Positions 17,424-27,095 of a stretch of 64,000 nt of DNA are shown piece after piece. A program made the translations under genes and the position numbers. The notes under the pieces were generated by a model. That model was not told the DNA's origin. It saw nothing but the letters and a program-made list of their open reading frames with translations, and did no database searches. Numbering within the stretch: the first letter of the stretch is position 1; each line of letters begins with the position of its first letter. Where the stretch lies: contig JANQOW010000007.1 in assembly GCA_028285595.1 (NCBI GenBank), positions 19,036 to 83,035 of the forward strand. The letters run 5' to 3'. Source of the DNA: Hyphomicrobiales bacterium (GTDB lineage Bacteria; Pseudomonadota; Alphaproteobacteria; Rhizobiales; CAJQND01).

Positions 17424-18284
17424 ATGAAACCAGCAAAGTTCGAATACAGTCGGCCCGACGACTTGCCAACCGTGTTGGCACTGCTTGCCGATCAGGAGGA
17501 TGCGCGCATTCTCGCGGGTGGCCAAAGCCTTGTTCCAATGATGAACTTCCGGATCGCGCAACCGGCTGCTCTCATAGATATCAACCGCGTTCCAGGGCTC
17601 GACTATATCCGGATGGAAGGTGATGTCATCGCCATTGGCGCACTCGCCCGTCACGCTGACATACAGCGTTCCCCCGTCATCCAGTCCAACATACCGATCA
17701 TGACGGAGGCCTACGATTGGGTCGCCCACTCTGCCGTGCGCAATCGAGGCACGCTCTGCGGCAATCTCTGCCACGCTGACCCGGCCTCGGAGATGCCCGC
17801 GCTCATGCAGCTTTTGGAGGCACAGATGGTGGTGGCCAGTCACACCGGTCAACGCGAGGTGCCGGCCGCTGATTTCTTCACCGGAACCTACGAGACCGCC
17901 CTTGAGCCGGACGAAATGCTCACCGAGGTGCGCATCGCAAAGCCTGCTGCAGGAACCGGCTGGCGGTTCGAGGAGGTTTCAATGCGCAAAGGAGATTTTG
18001 CTTGGGCAGCATGCGCCGCGATGTTGCGACTTGAGGCCGGCCAGATCGCAATGCCACGGGTAGCGGTGGCCGGTGTGGGTGATGCGCCCATGCGTCTTGA
18101 CGCGGTCGAGGCGATCTTAACCGGTCAGGCGCCGTCGGAAGATCTTTTCCAGACTGCCGCGCAAACAGGTGCCGACGCGATAGATCCGCCCGAAACGCCA
18201 GCAGCGAGTGCCGCATACCGCAAAGACCTGGTGCGCACACTCCTTCCGCGCGTGCTGAGCACCGCGGCCGAGCGCGCCGAGTAA
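17424..18284 (+). CDS. xanthine dehydrogenase family FAD-binding (medium, CoxM-like) subunit
   Basis: 286 aa with ILAGGQSLVPMMNFR FAD-binding motif. Confidence 0.88.
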   Translation: MKPAKFEYSRPDDLPTVLALLADQEDARILAGGQSLVPMMNFRIAQPAALIDINRVPGLDYIRMEGDVIAIGALARHADIQRSPVIQSNIPIMTEAYDWVAHSAVRNRGTLCGNLCHADPASEMPALMQLLEAQMVVASHTGQREVPAADFFTGTYETALEPDEMLTEVRIAKPAAGTGWRFEEVSMRKGDFAWAACAAMLRLEAGQIAMPRVAVAGVGDAPMRLDAVEAILTGQAPSEDLFQTAAQTGADAIDPPETPAASAAYRKDLVRTLLPRVLSTAAERAE

Positions 18285-18296
18285 AGGGAGAACACC

Positions 18297-18785
18297 ATGG
18301 ACAAGATTGAAGTCTCACTGACCGTAAACGGCCGCACGCGCGCGGCGCTCGTATCGCCGCGTATGCTGCTTTCAGATTTTATCCGCCATGAACTGGCACT
18401 GCCTGGCACCCACGTTGGTTGTGAGCATGGCGTGTGTGGCTCCTGTAACGTGCTCGTGGACGGCAAGGCTGTGCGGTCCTGCCTTATGTTTGCGGTGCAG
18501 ACTGATGGTGCACAAATCACCACGATCGAGGGCTTCGGCGACGGAGATCTTGATCCAATCCAAACGGCGTTCTGGGAGGAACATGGGCTGCAATGCGGGT
18601 TCTGCACCCCTGGCATGCTGGCCTCGGCCAAAGAGCTCCTGGACCACAATCCTGATCCCTCGGATGAAGAGATTCGTGAGGCAATCTCAGGAAATCTGTG
18701 CCGCTGCACAGGCTATGAATACATCATCAACGCAATCCGCTCTGCCGCTGCGAAGCTGCGTGCAGCCGACCCTGCAGCAGCGTAA
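18297..18785 (+). CDS. (2Fe-2S)-binding small (CoxS-like) subunit
   Basis: 162 aa with CEHGVCGSCNV and CGFCTPGM...CRCTGY cluster motifs. Confidence 0.92.
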   Translation: MDKIEVSLTVNGRTRAALVSPRMLLSDFIRHELALPGTHVGCEHGVCGSCNVLVDGKAVRSCLMFAVQTDGAQITTIEGFGDGDLDPIQTAFWEEHGLQCGFCTPGMLASAKELLDHNPDPSDEEIREAISGNLCRCTGYEYIINAIRSAAAKLRAADPAAA

Positions 18786-18797
18786 GGGAGGTTAAAA

Positions 18798-21281
18798 ATG
18801 GCATCTCACCTTGACAGCAACGTCATTCCGCCCAGTCGCCAACGCGAAGTGCCGCGCCAAGGCATGACCTGGATCGGCCAAAGCATCAAGCGGGTGGAGG
18901 ATCCGCGCATTCTGTCCGGCAAGGGCGGCTACATCGATGACATCACTGTGCCCGGCATGGCGCATGCCGCTATGGTCCGGAGCCCGCATGCGCACGCACG
19001 GATCGTCAGCATCGACACATCAAAGGCCAAAGATCTGCCCGGCGTGATCGGCGTCTACACCGGCGAGGACCTCGCCACCGTCGTCGACCCGTGCCCCAGT
19101 TTTGCCTCTCCTCCTGTGCCGCAGCATGCCATGTCAATCGGCAAGGTGCGCCACGTGGGCGAAGTTGTCGCTGCCGTTGTCGCAGAGGATCGCTACATTG
19201 CGGAAGACGCCGCTGATCTCATCGAGGTTGAATGGGACGTTCTCCCCGCGAATGTTGATATTGAAGCATCGCTTGAGGCCACGGGAGATGCTGTCATTCA
19301 TCCCGATGATCGAGAAAGCAACAGCGCACTGGACCAAACGTTCGCCTTTGGCCCGGTGGAGCAGCACTTTGCCGAAGCGGACCACGTCATCAAGCGACGC
19401 CTAAGATGGAACCGTTCGTCCGCTCAAGCCATTGAGACGTGTGGTGTGGTCGCCGATTACGATGCCTTCAAGGGAGGCTACACAATCCATGCCAACACTA
19501 ATTTCTACAACTTCATACCCTTCGTGATCGGAGGGTCGCTTCGCGTGAGCCCGGGAGAGCTTCGTATCATCCCGGTCCTTGCAGGCGGCAGCTTCGGCTC
19601 GAAGGTCTTCATCCATAAGATCATCATATTGACGGCAGGTTTGGCGCGTCTCGCTGGCGTGCCGGTAAAGTACATCGAAGATCGGATGGAGCACTTTATG
19701 AACTCCGACAGTCATGGCTCCGACAGGCTCTATGACGCGGAACTCGCGGTGATGGAGGATGGCACGTTCCGGTCCCTCCGCTTCACAGTGCTCGACGACT
19801 ACGGCGCTTACCTGCAGTTCGGTGTCGGTACCCACGGCAATGCCATGGCGCAAGTCACCGGTCCGTACCAGATAGAGAGTGTTGGTATGCGCGTGATCGC
19901 TGTGCTGACCAACAAGTGCCAGCAGGGGCCGTATCGAGGTTTTGGCTCCGAAGTTACGAATTGGGTCATTGAGCGCATGGTTGATGCCACTGCCGAAGAG
20001 TTGGGCCGTGATGGGGTCGAATTGCGCGAGCAGAACATGGTCCAGCCTGACCAGTTTCCGTACATGATCCCCACCGGCAATATCTATGACAGCGGCAACT
20101 TCCAAGAGGTTCTGGCTCAAGCCAAGGGTTTGATCGACTACGATGCCTGGAAGGCGCGCGCAGCAGAGATGCGCACCGAGGGACGCTGTGTGGGTGTTGG
20201 GTTGGCAACCTGCATGGAGCGCAGTGTGTATGGGCCCACCGAGTGGTGGTCACTCAACGACAAAGAAGCGCCAGGCTTCACGCTCACCTCAACCCCTGAG
20301 GGGATCAGCGCGCGCATCGACCCGTCGGGCAAGATGTTTGTGACACTGAATTCGCCGATGGTCGGAAACTCGCCGGAGACGGTTGTCACACAGATCTTGG
20401 CGGAGCGACTGACCGTTGCGCCTGAGGATGTGGTGATCAACTACGCCGACAGCCAAACCGGCTTCAATGGCGTGGGCCCGCAAGGCAGCCGCTTTACGGC
20501 CATGATCGCCGGCGCGTGCGTCAGCGCCTCGATCAAGCTGGAGGAGCGGCTTCTGCGCTTTGCTGCGCATATGCTGCAGCGACGTCCCGATGACCTGGAG
20601 CTGCGGAACGGAGCTGTTGGCGTCAAAGGCCTGAAGGATCAGGAAAAAAGTTTTGGCGAGATCGCTCTGACCTCAAGCTTCTTCCGCCTCAGCTTCCCCG
20701 ATACCGAAGAGTTTGACAGCGGGCTAGAAACAACCGCCGTGTACGACCATCCTATTTCAAGCGACCCCCACCCTGACCGAGAGCATTTGGGCATTTTCTA
20801 CCCGATCGTCGGTCACATCTGTCACATTGTGGCGGTCGAGGTGGATCCTGGCACCGGGAAGGTTGACATTCTTGACTACGCCGCTGTGCATGACAACGGT
20901 ACCATTGTGAACCCCCGCACATTAGGCGGTCAGGTGTGGGGCGGAACGGCCAATGGGATTGGCTCAACGCTTTTTGAGCAGTTCATTTACGACGATGAGG
21001 GGCAGTTTACGAACCCCAACTTCGCGGAGTTCGCAATGCCCACTGCCAACGAAATGCCACGCAACTTCAAGCTGGGTCATGTGGAGACACCTTCACCATT
21101 CACCGAGTATGGCATTAAAGGCGGCGGGGAAGGTGGCCGGCTTGGTGCACCATCGGCGCTGACCACGGCGATAGAAGATGCGCTCAAGACCTACGGGGTG
21201 AAGATCAATTCTCTCCCCGTTACTCCGCCCACATTGCGCGGTTTGATCCGAGAGCGCGAACTGGCGATCACCGCCGAGTAG
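18798..21281 (+). CDS. molybdopterin-dependent hydroxylase large (CoxL-like) subunit, not CO-dehydrogenase type
   Basis: 827 aa with N-terminal GQSIKRVEDPRILSGKGGYIDD. The active-site loop region reads QQGPYRGFGSEV rather than the AYxCSFR (form I) or AYRGAGR (form II) CODH signatures. GGGAGG RBS. Confidence 0.85.
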   Translation: MASHLDSNVIPPSRQREVPRQGMTWIGQSIKRVEDPRILSGKGGYIDDITVPGMAHAAMVRSPHAHARIVSIDTSKAKDLPGVIGVYTGEDLATVVDPCPSFASPPVPQHAMSIGKVRHVGEVVAAVVAEDRYIAEDAADLIEVEWDVLPANVDIEASLEATGDAVIHPDDRESNSALDQTFAFGPVEQHFAEADHVIKRRLRWNRSSAQAIETCGVVADYDAFKGGYTIHANTNFYNFIPFVIGGSLRVSPGELRIIPVLAGGSFGSKVFIHKIIILTAGLARLAGVPVKYIEDRMEHFMNSDSHGSDRLYDAELAVMEDGTFRSLRFTVLDDYGAYLQFGVGTHGNAMAQVTGPYQIESVGMRVIAVLTNKCQQGPYRGFGSEVTNWVIERMVDATAEELGRDGVELREQNMVQPDQFPYMIPTGNIYDSGNFQEVLAQAKGLIDYDAWKARAAEMRTEGRCVGVGLATCMERSVYGPTEWWSLNDKEAPGFTLTSTPEGISARIDPSGKMFVTLNSPMVGNSPETVVTQILAERLTVAPEDVVINYADSQTGFNGVGPQGSRFTAMIAGACVSASIKLEERLLRFAAHMLQRRPDDLELRNGAVGVKGLKDQEKSFGEIALTSSFFRLSFPDTEEFDSGLETTAVYDHPISSDPHPDREHLGIFYPIVGHICHIVAVEVDPGTGKVDILDYAAVHDNGTIVNPRTLGGQVWGGTANGIGSTLFEQFIYDDEGQFTNPNFAEFAMPTANEMPRNFKLGHVETPSPFTEYGIKGGGEGGRLGAPSALTTAIEDALKTYGVKINSLPVTPPTLRGLIRERELAITAE

Positions 21282-21424
21282 GAGGCCTGTCATGGTGAGG
21301 CCGCTGAACCTAATGCTCAAAAGGTGAGGGCCGTGAAGAATATGCTAGAAGGTCTGGGCGTTCGCCTTGCGACACGAGGCGAAGCGCGTCAGATCCTCGG
21401 ACTCCACCCAATGCAAGCCGTCGC

Positions 21425-22156
21425 ATGATAAAAGACAACATCAAGCCCAATGAAGTCACGCTAAAGGGCACGCCGCCCGCGCCAAGCCGCAGTTCTCGCG
21501 GCAAACCCGGGCGACCCAAAGGTGGGCGTCCGGAAGAGACACGCGATCGAATTTTGGACGCGGCCGAAAGCCTCTTTGCGGACCGAGGTTATGACGGAAC
21601 CTCGATCCGGGACGTGGCCACCGCAGCGGATGTACAGATCAATGCTGTCGGCTACCACTTTGGACCGAAAGAAGCACTGTTTGATACGGTCGTCGCTCGC
21701 CGCGCGACGATCATGACAACTCTGCGCCTCAACGCGCTTGATGAGGCGCGTGCCCAAGCCGGCGCAAAGCCGATCCCGATTGAGACACTGATACGCGATT
21801 ATGTTCGCCCTTTTATCGATAGCGCCGACCACGGCGAGCCTGGCTGGCGGAACTATGCGGCCCTCATGGGCCGCCTGGCGAACTCGCCTCTGGGCACTGA
21901 GATTATCGCGCGCCATTACGACGACACGGCGCGCGCCTATCTGACAGAGTTCCGCCGCGCGCTCCCGGAAGTGGCGCAGGAGGAGCTTGTCGATGGCTTT
22001 TCCGCCGTGGTGGCAAGCATGCTGAGCATTTGCGCCAACACAGGGCGGCGTGAGCGCTTGGCGGATGCGAAGCATCCCCGCCCGGCCCAAGCCAGCATTG
22101 AACTGCTGGTGCGTTTCCACACCGCGGGTTTTCGCGAGCTTTCAAGTAATGATTAG
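21425..22156 (+). CDS. TetR/AcrR family transcriptional regulator
   Basis: TRDRILDAAESLFADRGYDGTSIRDVATAADV HTH, preceded by a basic Pro/Gly/Arg-rich N-terminal tail. Confidence 0.88.
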   Translation: MIKDNIKPNEVTLKGTPPAPSRSSRGKPGRPKGGRPEETRDRILDAAESLFADRGYDGTSIRDVATAADVQINAVGYHFGPKEALFDTVVARRATIMTTLRLNALDEARAQAGAKPIPIETLIRDYVRPFIDSADHGEPGWRNYAALMGRLANSPLGTEIIARHYDDTARAYLTEFRRALPEVAQEELVDGFSAVVASMLSICANTGRRERLADAKHPRPAQASIELLVRFHTAGFRELSSND

Positions 22157-22170
22157 AATTGATTGGCTTG

Positions 22171-23094
22171 TCAGAGGTCTGAACTCGGTGCGCCAACCGC
22201 TGCCGCCATGGTGCGGTTCTTCACGCCTAATGCACGCAAAATGGTCGAAACATGAAGCTTGACCGTTCCTTCGCGGATGCCAAGCTGCTCAGCGATCTCC
22301 CGGTTGGACGCACCGGATTGCAGGAGCTGCAAAACCTCGCGCTGGCGTCTTGTCAGGCGATCGACGGCTTTGGACTCAGAGTTCGCGGCTTCTTGCTTTT
22401 CAGGGCCGGCCAACATCGTTTCATCTTCAGGTAGTTTCCCTGCTCGGACCAAGTCTCGAGCCGCCTTGAACGATGCCGCGAACTCCTCAAACGCATCGAC
22501 CACTTCGCTCGTTAGGCGTGCCGTCGGTTTCGGTTTCCGCTTCAACGCCTCAACGGCCGTTCTCAGTCTTTCAAATGGAACTGCCACGTCCCGCGCGGCT
22601 ATTGCGGCAAACCGTTGTTCTGAGATCTCATCTCGCTTGGTTTGGGCCAGAGCGCGCTCAAGAGCTTCTTTTGCTTCCCGCCGGTCGGTGACATCAAGAG
22701 CCACACCGTCCCATATCACTGTGCCATCTGACAAACGGCGGGGGTGGCCAATTGACCTAACCCACTTGAAGCCGCCATCAGGCAGTTCAACCCTCACCTC
22801 TTCATCAAGCATTGAAAGCTTGCCTGCCGATTTTTCCAGCGCACGAACGAAACGGTCGCGGTCGTCCGGATGCAGCCATTCGTGGCGCACGCCATCCCCT
22901 TGCATCAGCGCCTCAGGATCAAGGCCGAACGTGCTGCGAACTTCAGGGCTCACATAGCTGTAAAGGTATTTGCCATCGGGAGTGCGCACACGCTGCATAG
23001 TGTGGCCGGGGAAGTGGCCCCCGAAGAGATCGGAAAATCCTTCGACACCACGCGAGACGCTGGGCGCTGTATCAGCTTGAGTCTTCTTGTTCAT
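22171..23094 (-). CDS. PAS domain-containing LuxR-family transcriptional regulator
   Basis: PAS region (FGLDPEALMQGDG...WVRSIGHPRRLSDGTVIWDGVALDVTDRREAKEAL) plus C-terminal LuxR HTH (LTRRQREVLQLLQSGASNREIAEQLGIREGTVKLHVSTIL). No receiver domain. The start codon is uncertain because no SD is present. Confidence 0.82.
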   Translation of the reverse strand: MNKKTQADTAPSVSRGVEGFSDLFGGHFPGHTMQRVRTPDGKYLYSYVSPEVRSTFGLDPEALMQGDGVRHEWLHPDDRDRFVRALEKSAGKLSMLDEEVRVELPDGGFKWVRSIGHPRRLSDGTVIWDGVALDVTDRREAKEALERALAQTKRDEISEQRFAAIAARDVAVPFERLRTAVEALKRKPKPTARLTSEVVDAFEEFAASFKAARDLVRAGKLPEDETMLAGPEKQEAANSESKAVDRLTRRQREVLQLLQSGASNREIAEQLGIREGTVKLHVSTILRALGVKNRTMAAAVGAPSSDL

Positions 23095-23230
23095 ATAACT
23101 TTAGTTATAAAATTCCGATGTTTTTGTCAATTTTAAAGCCATAAATCGCTGGAATTGAGTCTATTTTTCTGTTTGTATTGTACGAAAGATATATATCACC
23201 TTGTGTAGGTACCTATGGGAGGGAACCTTC

Positions 23231-24127
23231 ATGGACAAGATCATCATTGAGGCACGTGTCAACGAATTGGCACCACGTGATGAAAACAAGAACGTGCCCT
23301 TTCTACCATCTGAGATCGTAAGGGATGCTAAGGCGTGCTTCGACGAAGGCGCCTCCATTTTGCACTACCATGGGCGCTCTGCAGACGGCACCCCCGAACA
23401 CGCCGCGGAGTTTTATCTAGAGACCAACGCGGGGATCCGGGATCTTTGCCCGATCCTCATTCACCCCACACTTGGATACGTGGCTCATGATGCAGATGCT
23501 ATGGGGCGCTTCGCGGCTGTTGAGGAAATGATGAAGCACCCGTCCACGGCGCCAGATTTTGCGCCGATGGATGTGGGCAGTGTGAATGTGGATTGGTGGA
23601 ACCCTTCAGACAACTCGTACGATACCACCAACCTGATCTACAAGAACTCAACTGAGACTCTGATGCACTTTGCCGATCGTATAAAGCATCATGGACTCAA
23701 GCAGTATCTGGTGTCGTGGAACGTCAGCTTCACACGGCAGATAGAAGCATTCATGAAGATGGGTGTAATCCCTGAGCCAGCCTATGTTTGCTTCTGCTTG
23801 ACAGATGGCATCATGCTGGCCGGCCATCCCGGAACGCCAGAGGGTCTCGATGCCCACACAGTATTTCTGCCAAAGGATCGCAACATCATTTGGACCGTTG
23901 TGAACTACAAGGGCAACCTGCTGCTCTTAACGGAGAAGATCATCAAGCAGGGCGGACACATCTCCATTGGTCTCGGCGATTATCCCTACACTGAGTTTGG
24001 TGAGCCGACGAATGCGGAGATCATCGCGAAAGTCGTCGAACAGGCTCGGGCCCTCGGTCGCGAGCCGGCGACGGTAGAGGAAACCCGACAAATTCTTCAA
24101 ATGGGCGAAGTCCGCGTCGCGGCCTAA
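23231..24127 (+). CDS. BKACE (3-keto-5-aminohexanoate cleavage enzyme, DUF849) family protein
   Basis: MDKIIIEARVNE...ASILHYHGRSADG (HxH Zn ligands). Start behind GGGAGGG. Confidence 0.72.
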   Translation: MDKIIIEARVNELAPRDENKNVPFLPSEIVRDAKACFDEGASILHYHGRSADGTPEHAAEFYLETNAGIRDLCPILIHPTLGYVAHDADAMGRFAAVEEMMKHPSTAPDFAPMDVGSVNVDWWNPSDNSYDTTNLIYKNSTETLMHFADRIKHHGLKQYLVSWNVSFTRQIEAFMKMGVIPEPAYVCFCLTDGIMLAGHPGTPEGLDAHTVFLPKDRNIIWTVVNYKGNLLLLTEKIIKQGGHISIGLGDYPYTEFGEPTNAEIIAKVVEQARALGREPATVEETRQILQMGEVRVAA

Positions 24128-24170
24128 AGACCCACAAACACCTGCAAAGACCAAATGGGAGGAAGTCATT

Positions 24171-25184
24171 ATGTCTTTCAAGTCACTGCTGAGATGCACA
24201 ATCGTAGGCGCCGTTGCCTTAGGTGCGGCGACTACTGCGCAGGCGGAAGCTCTCAAGATGCAGACATTCCTTGGCGCCAAGGCCTCGACGACGAAGGCGT
24301 TCGAAGAGATGGCTGCCGCGCTCAAGGCGGATACTGGTGGCGCCGTTGACATAACGGTTCTGCCCGGCAAGGCCGTTGTGGGGGCAACGGAGACCATTGA
24401 CGCCATCAAAAACGGTCTGCTCGACGGTCAATACACAGCGCCAACATATTTTGCCGGCAAGGATCCAGCCATGGCGGTGCTTGGCGACACCCTATCTGCC
24501 TATCCGGACTCAGCGACGCGCGATCGCTGGTTTAGTGAAGGCGGCGGTCTCGAATTGGCGCGTGCGCTATATGCCAAGCATGGTTTGCACTTCGTCTGCC
24601 CGATCTATTGGCCCCCAGAGCAGATCCCGTCCACAAAGCCCATCAACTCGGTGGGCGATTTTAAGGGCCTAAAGATGCGCGCTCCGGGTGGCACTCCATC
24701 CGATCTCCTCAGCCGTGCCGGCGCCTCGCTGGTGAAAATGGGTGTGGGCGAGTCCGTGACCGCCATGGAGACCGGCGTGCTTGACGCGACGGACCTGGCC
24801 AATATCGGCCTCAATGTTGCACTCGGCATGCACAACAAGGCTAAGTATTCGATCCTCGCACGCCATTCGATGGCCGTGACCGAGATGTCGGTGTCCAAGG
24901 CCAAATGGGATGCACTGTCTGACGACCATAAGGCCAAGTTCGAAGCTGCTTGCAACTCCATGTCCGCAAAACTCAAGGAAACCCTCAGCGCCGAAGACGA
25001 GGCAGCGGCCATGAAGGCAAAGAACGAACTCGGCGTTACGTTCATTGAGTTTGGTGACAAAGATGCAGCCGCGTTTCGAAAAATGTTGACGGAGGTTTGG
25101 AAAGATTGGGCTGCCAAGAGTCCGGATGCCGCGGCGATCGTCCATAGTCACAAGGCGTTCATGACGAAGCTTGGATTGCTCTGA
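24171..25184 (+). CDS. TRAP transporter substrate-binding protein (DctP-type)
   Basis: 337 aa with signal peptide ...GAATTAQAEA, followed by DctQ and DctM genes. Confidence 0.85.
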   Translation: MSFKSLLRCTIVGAVALGAATTAQAEALKMQTFLGAKASTTKAFEEMAAALKADTGGAVDITVLPGKAVVGATETIDAIKNGLLDGQYTAPTYFAGKDPAMAVLGDTLSAYPDSATRDRWFSEGGGLELARALYAKHGLHFVCPIYWPPEQIPSTKPINSVGDFKGLKMRAPGGTPSDLLSRAGASLVKMGVGESVTAMETGVLDATDLANIGLNVALGMHNKAKYSILARHSMAVTEMSVSKAKWDALSDDHKAKFEAACNSMSAKLKETLSAEDEAAAMKAKNELGVTFIEFGDKDAAAFRKMLTEVWKDWAAKSPDAAAIVHSHKAFMTKLGLL

Positions 25185-25269
25185 ATTCGGGTCCTCCCCG
25201 GGGCGGGTCTAATTGCTGCACGACCGATTGGGCCCGCCTCCTCCCCCTTTGCTGAAGAGTATCTGCGCC

Positions 25270-25770
25270 ATGGGTTTTCTCGACAGATTTGCGCTCCGAC
25301 TGGGCAGTTTGATCGCATGGGGCTTTCTCGTAATCGTTGCGCTGATGGTATACGAAGTCGTCGCTCGGTATGGCTTCAACGCACCAACCATCTGGGCCCA
25401 TGAGATCGCGGGTGTCCTCGCTGCGGTGGCTTTTGTTTTTGGCGGCGCCTATTGCATGGCGGAGGACTCGCACATGCGGATCACCTCTTTCGTGGAATCG
25501 CGCGGTCGTAGCGTGCGGGCATTTTCGCATTACCTGAGTATTGCCGCAGGCACCCTCTATCTTGCCGGACTTGCCTATGCCGCATTTCGCATGGCCCGGG
25601 ATGCGTTGTTCCGCTTTTCAATTTCAGGCACCTGGGATCCTGAGCGTTCGGGAAGCACTTGGAACACTCCAGCGCCCTCCTACATCAAGCTGGCGCTGTG
25701 TGTTGGCGCTGCTTTGTTTCTCATCGTGCTTTTGCGCCGGCTGTTTACCGGGCACGGACCGGACAACTGA
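25270..25770 (+). CDS. TRAP transporter small permease (DctQ-type)
   Basis: 4-TM small membrane protein. Start set at MGFLDRF; the track ORF starts at 25213. Confidence 0.8.
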   Translation: MGFLDRFALRLGSLIAWGFLVIVALMVYEVVARYGFNAPTIWAHEIAGVLAAVAFVFGGAYCMAEDSHMRITSFVESRGRSVRAFSHYLSIAAGTLYLAGLAYAAFRMARDALFRFSISGTWDPERSGSTWNTPAPSYIKLALCVGAALFLIVLLRRLFTGHGPDN

Positions 25771-25773
25771 CAC

Positions 25774-27090
25774 ATGGACATTGCCACGATCTCGATCGTA
25801 ATCGTGGTTGCCATGGTCTTCCTCTTGGCGATGGGCGTGCCGCTGGCGTTTGTCTCCGGATCGATCGCCGTGGTTTTGGCCGTTACCAGTTTCGGTCCCA
25901 ATGCGCTCTTTATCGTCGGCAGCCGCACAGCCGAGTTCCTCAACTCCTTCGCGCTTGTCGCGGTGCCAATGTTTGTGCTGATGGCTTCAATTATGGAGCG
26001 ATCCGGGGTTGCCCGCGATCTCTACCGCGCCTTTCATGTTTGGGCCGGCGAACTGCGCGGAGGTGTTGGGATCATCACCACATTAGTGGCGGTTTTGCTT
26101 GGCGCGACAACCGGGATTATCGGCGGTGAGATCGTCTTGCTTGGTCTGATCGCCCTCCCGCAAATGCTCAAGCTTGGCTACGACAAGAAACTGGCGGTGG
26201 GCATCATCACGGCGGGTGGTTCCCTCGGCACCATGATCCCGCCAAGCATCATACTGATCTTCTACGGTATCACGGCCGAAGTCTCGATCTCTCATCTGTT
26301 CCTGGCCACCATTGTTCCCGGTCTCATGCTCGCGAGCCTCTACATCGCGTACATCGTCGTGCGTTGCAGGCTCAATCCAGCACTTGGCCCGCCGATTGAT
26401 GCCGCCGATCTCGCAATGCCGCTATCGGAGAAGCTTACTTTGCTTAAGGGCGTTGCATTACCGCTGCTGGTGGCAGGGTCTGTCCTCATTTCGATCTATG
26501 CCGGTCTAGCCTCTATCACCGAATCCGCCGCGGTCGGTGTCGCCGGTACGATACTTGCCGCCTGGGTCCGGCGAGAGCTCACCTGGGAAATGATCACCGG
26601 CGCCCTGCTGCAGGCGATGAAGACCTGTGGGATGGTGTTCTGGCTGGTGTTCGGCACCAATGCGCTGATTGGCGTCTATAATCTCCTGGGCGGTATCGCT
26701 TTCGCTCAGGGACTGCTGTCGGGCATCTCTTCGGAACCGGCCATCATTCTGGCAGTGATGATTGGTGTGTTCATCCTGCTCGGCTTCTTCATCGACTGGA
26801 TCGGCATCTTGTTTCTCACTATGCCAATCTTCCTGCCAACCCTACAAGCGCTCGGATATGACCCGATCTGGTTCGGCATTGTGTTCAATCTGTCAATGCA
26901 GATCGCCTATCTAACGCCGCCCTTTGGGCCAGCTTGTTTCTACCTCAAAGGGGCGGCGCCGCCTGAAGTCAGCTTGCAGGACATCTTTGCCGCCCAGTGG
27001 TCCTTCATCGCCCTGCAACTTCTCGGCCTGCTCATCATTGTTCTCTTCCCGCAGCTGTCCTTATGGCTGCCCCAACTGGTTTATGGATAA
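25774..27090 (+). CDS. TRAP transporter large permease (DctM-type)
   Basis: 438-aa polytopic membrane ORF, 3 nt after DctQ. Confidence 0.9.
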   Translation: MDIATISIVIVVAMVFLLAMGVPLAFVSGSIAVVLAVTSFGPNALFIVGSRTAEFLNSFALVAVPMFVLMASIMERSGVARDLYRAFHVWAGELRGGVGIITTLVAVLLGATTGIIGGEIVLLGLIALPQMLKLGYDKKLAVGIITAGGSLGTMIPPSIILIFYGITAEVSISHLFLATIVPGLMLASLYIAYIVVRCRLNPALGPPIDAADLAMPLSEKLTLLKGVALPLLVAGSVLISIYAGLASITESAAVGVAGTILAAWVRRELTWEMITGALLQAMKTCGMVFWLVFGTNALIGVYNLLGGIAFAQGLLSGISSEPAIILAVMIGVFILLGFFIDWIGILFLTMPIFLPTLQALGYDPIWFGIVFNLSMQIAYLTPPFGPACFYLKGAAPPEVSLQDIFAAQWSFIALQLLGLLIIVLFPQLSLWLPQLVYG

Positions 27091-27095
27091 GTACC

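Noticed and set aside
17424-21281. Possible aerobic CO dehydrogenase (coxMSL order)
   Set aside because: The large-subunit active-site loop (QQGPYRGFGSEV) lacks both CODH signatures. No coxDEFG-type accessory genes are present. Called a generic Mo-hydroxylase instead.
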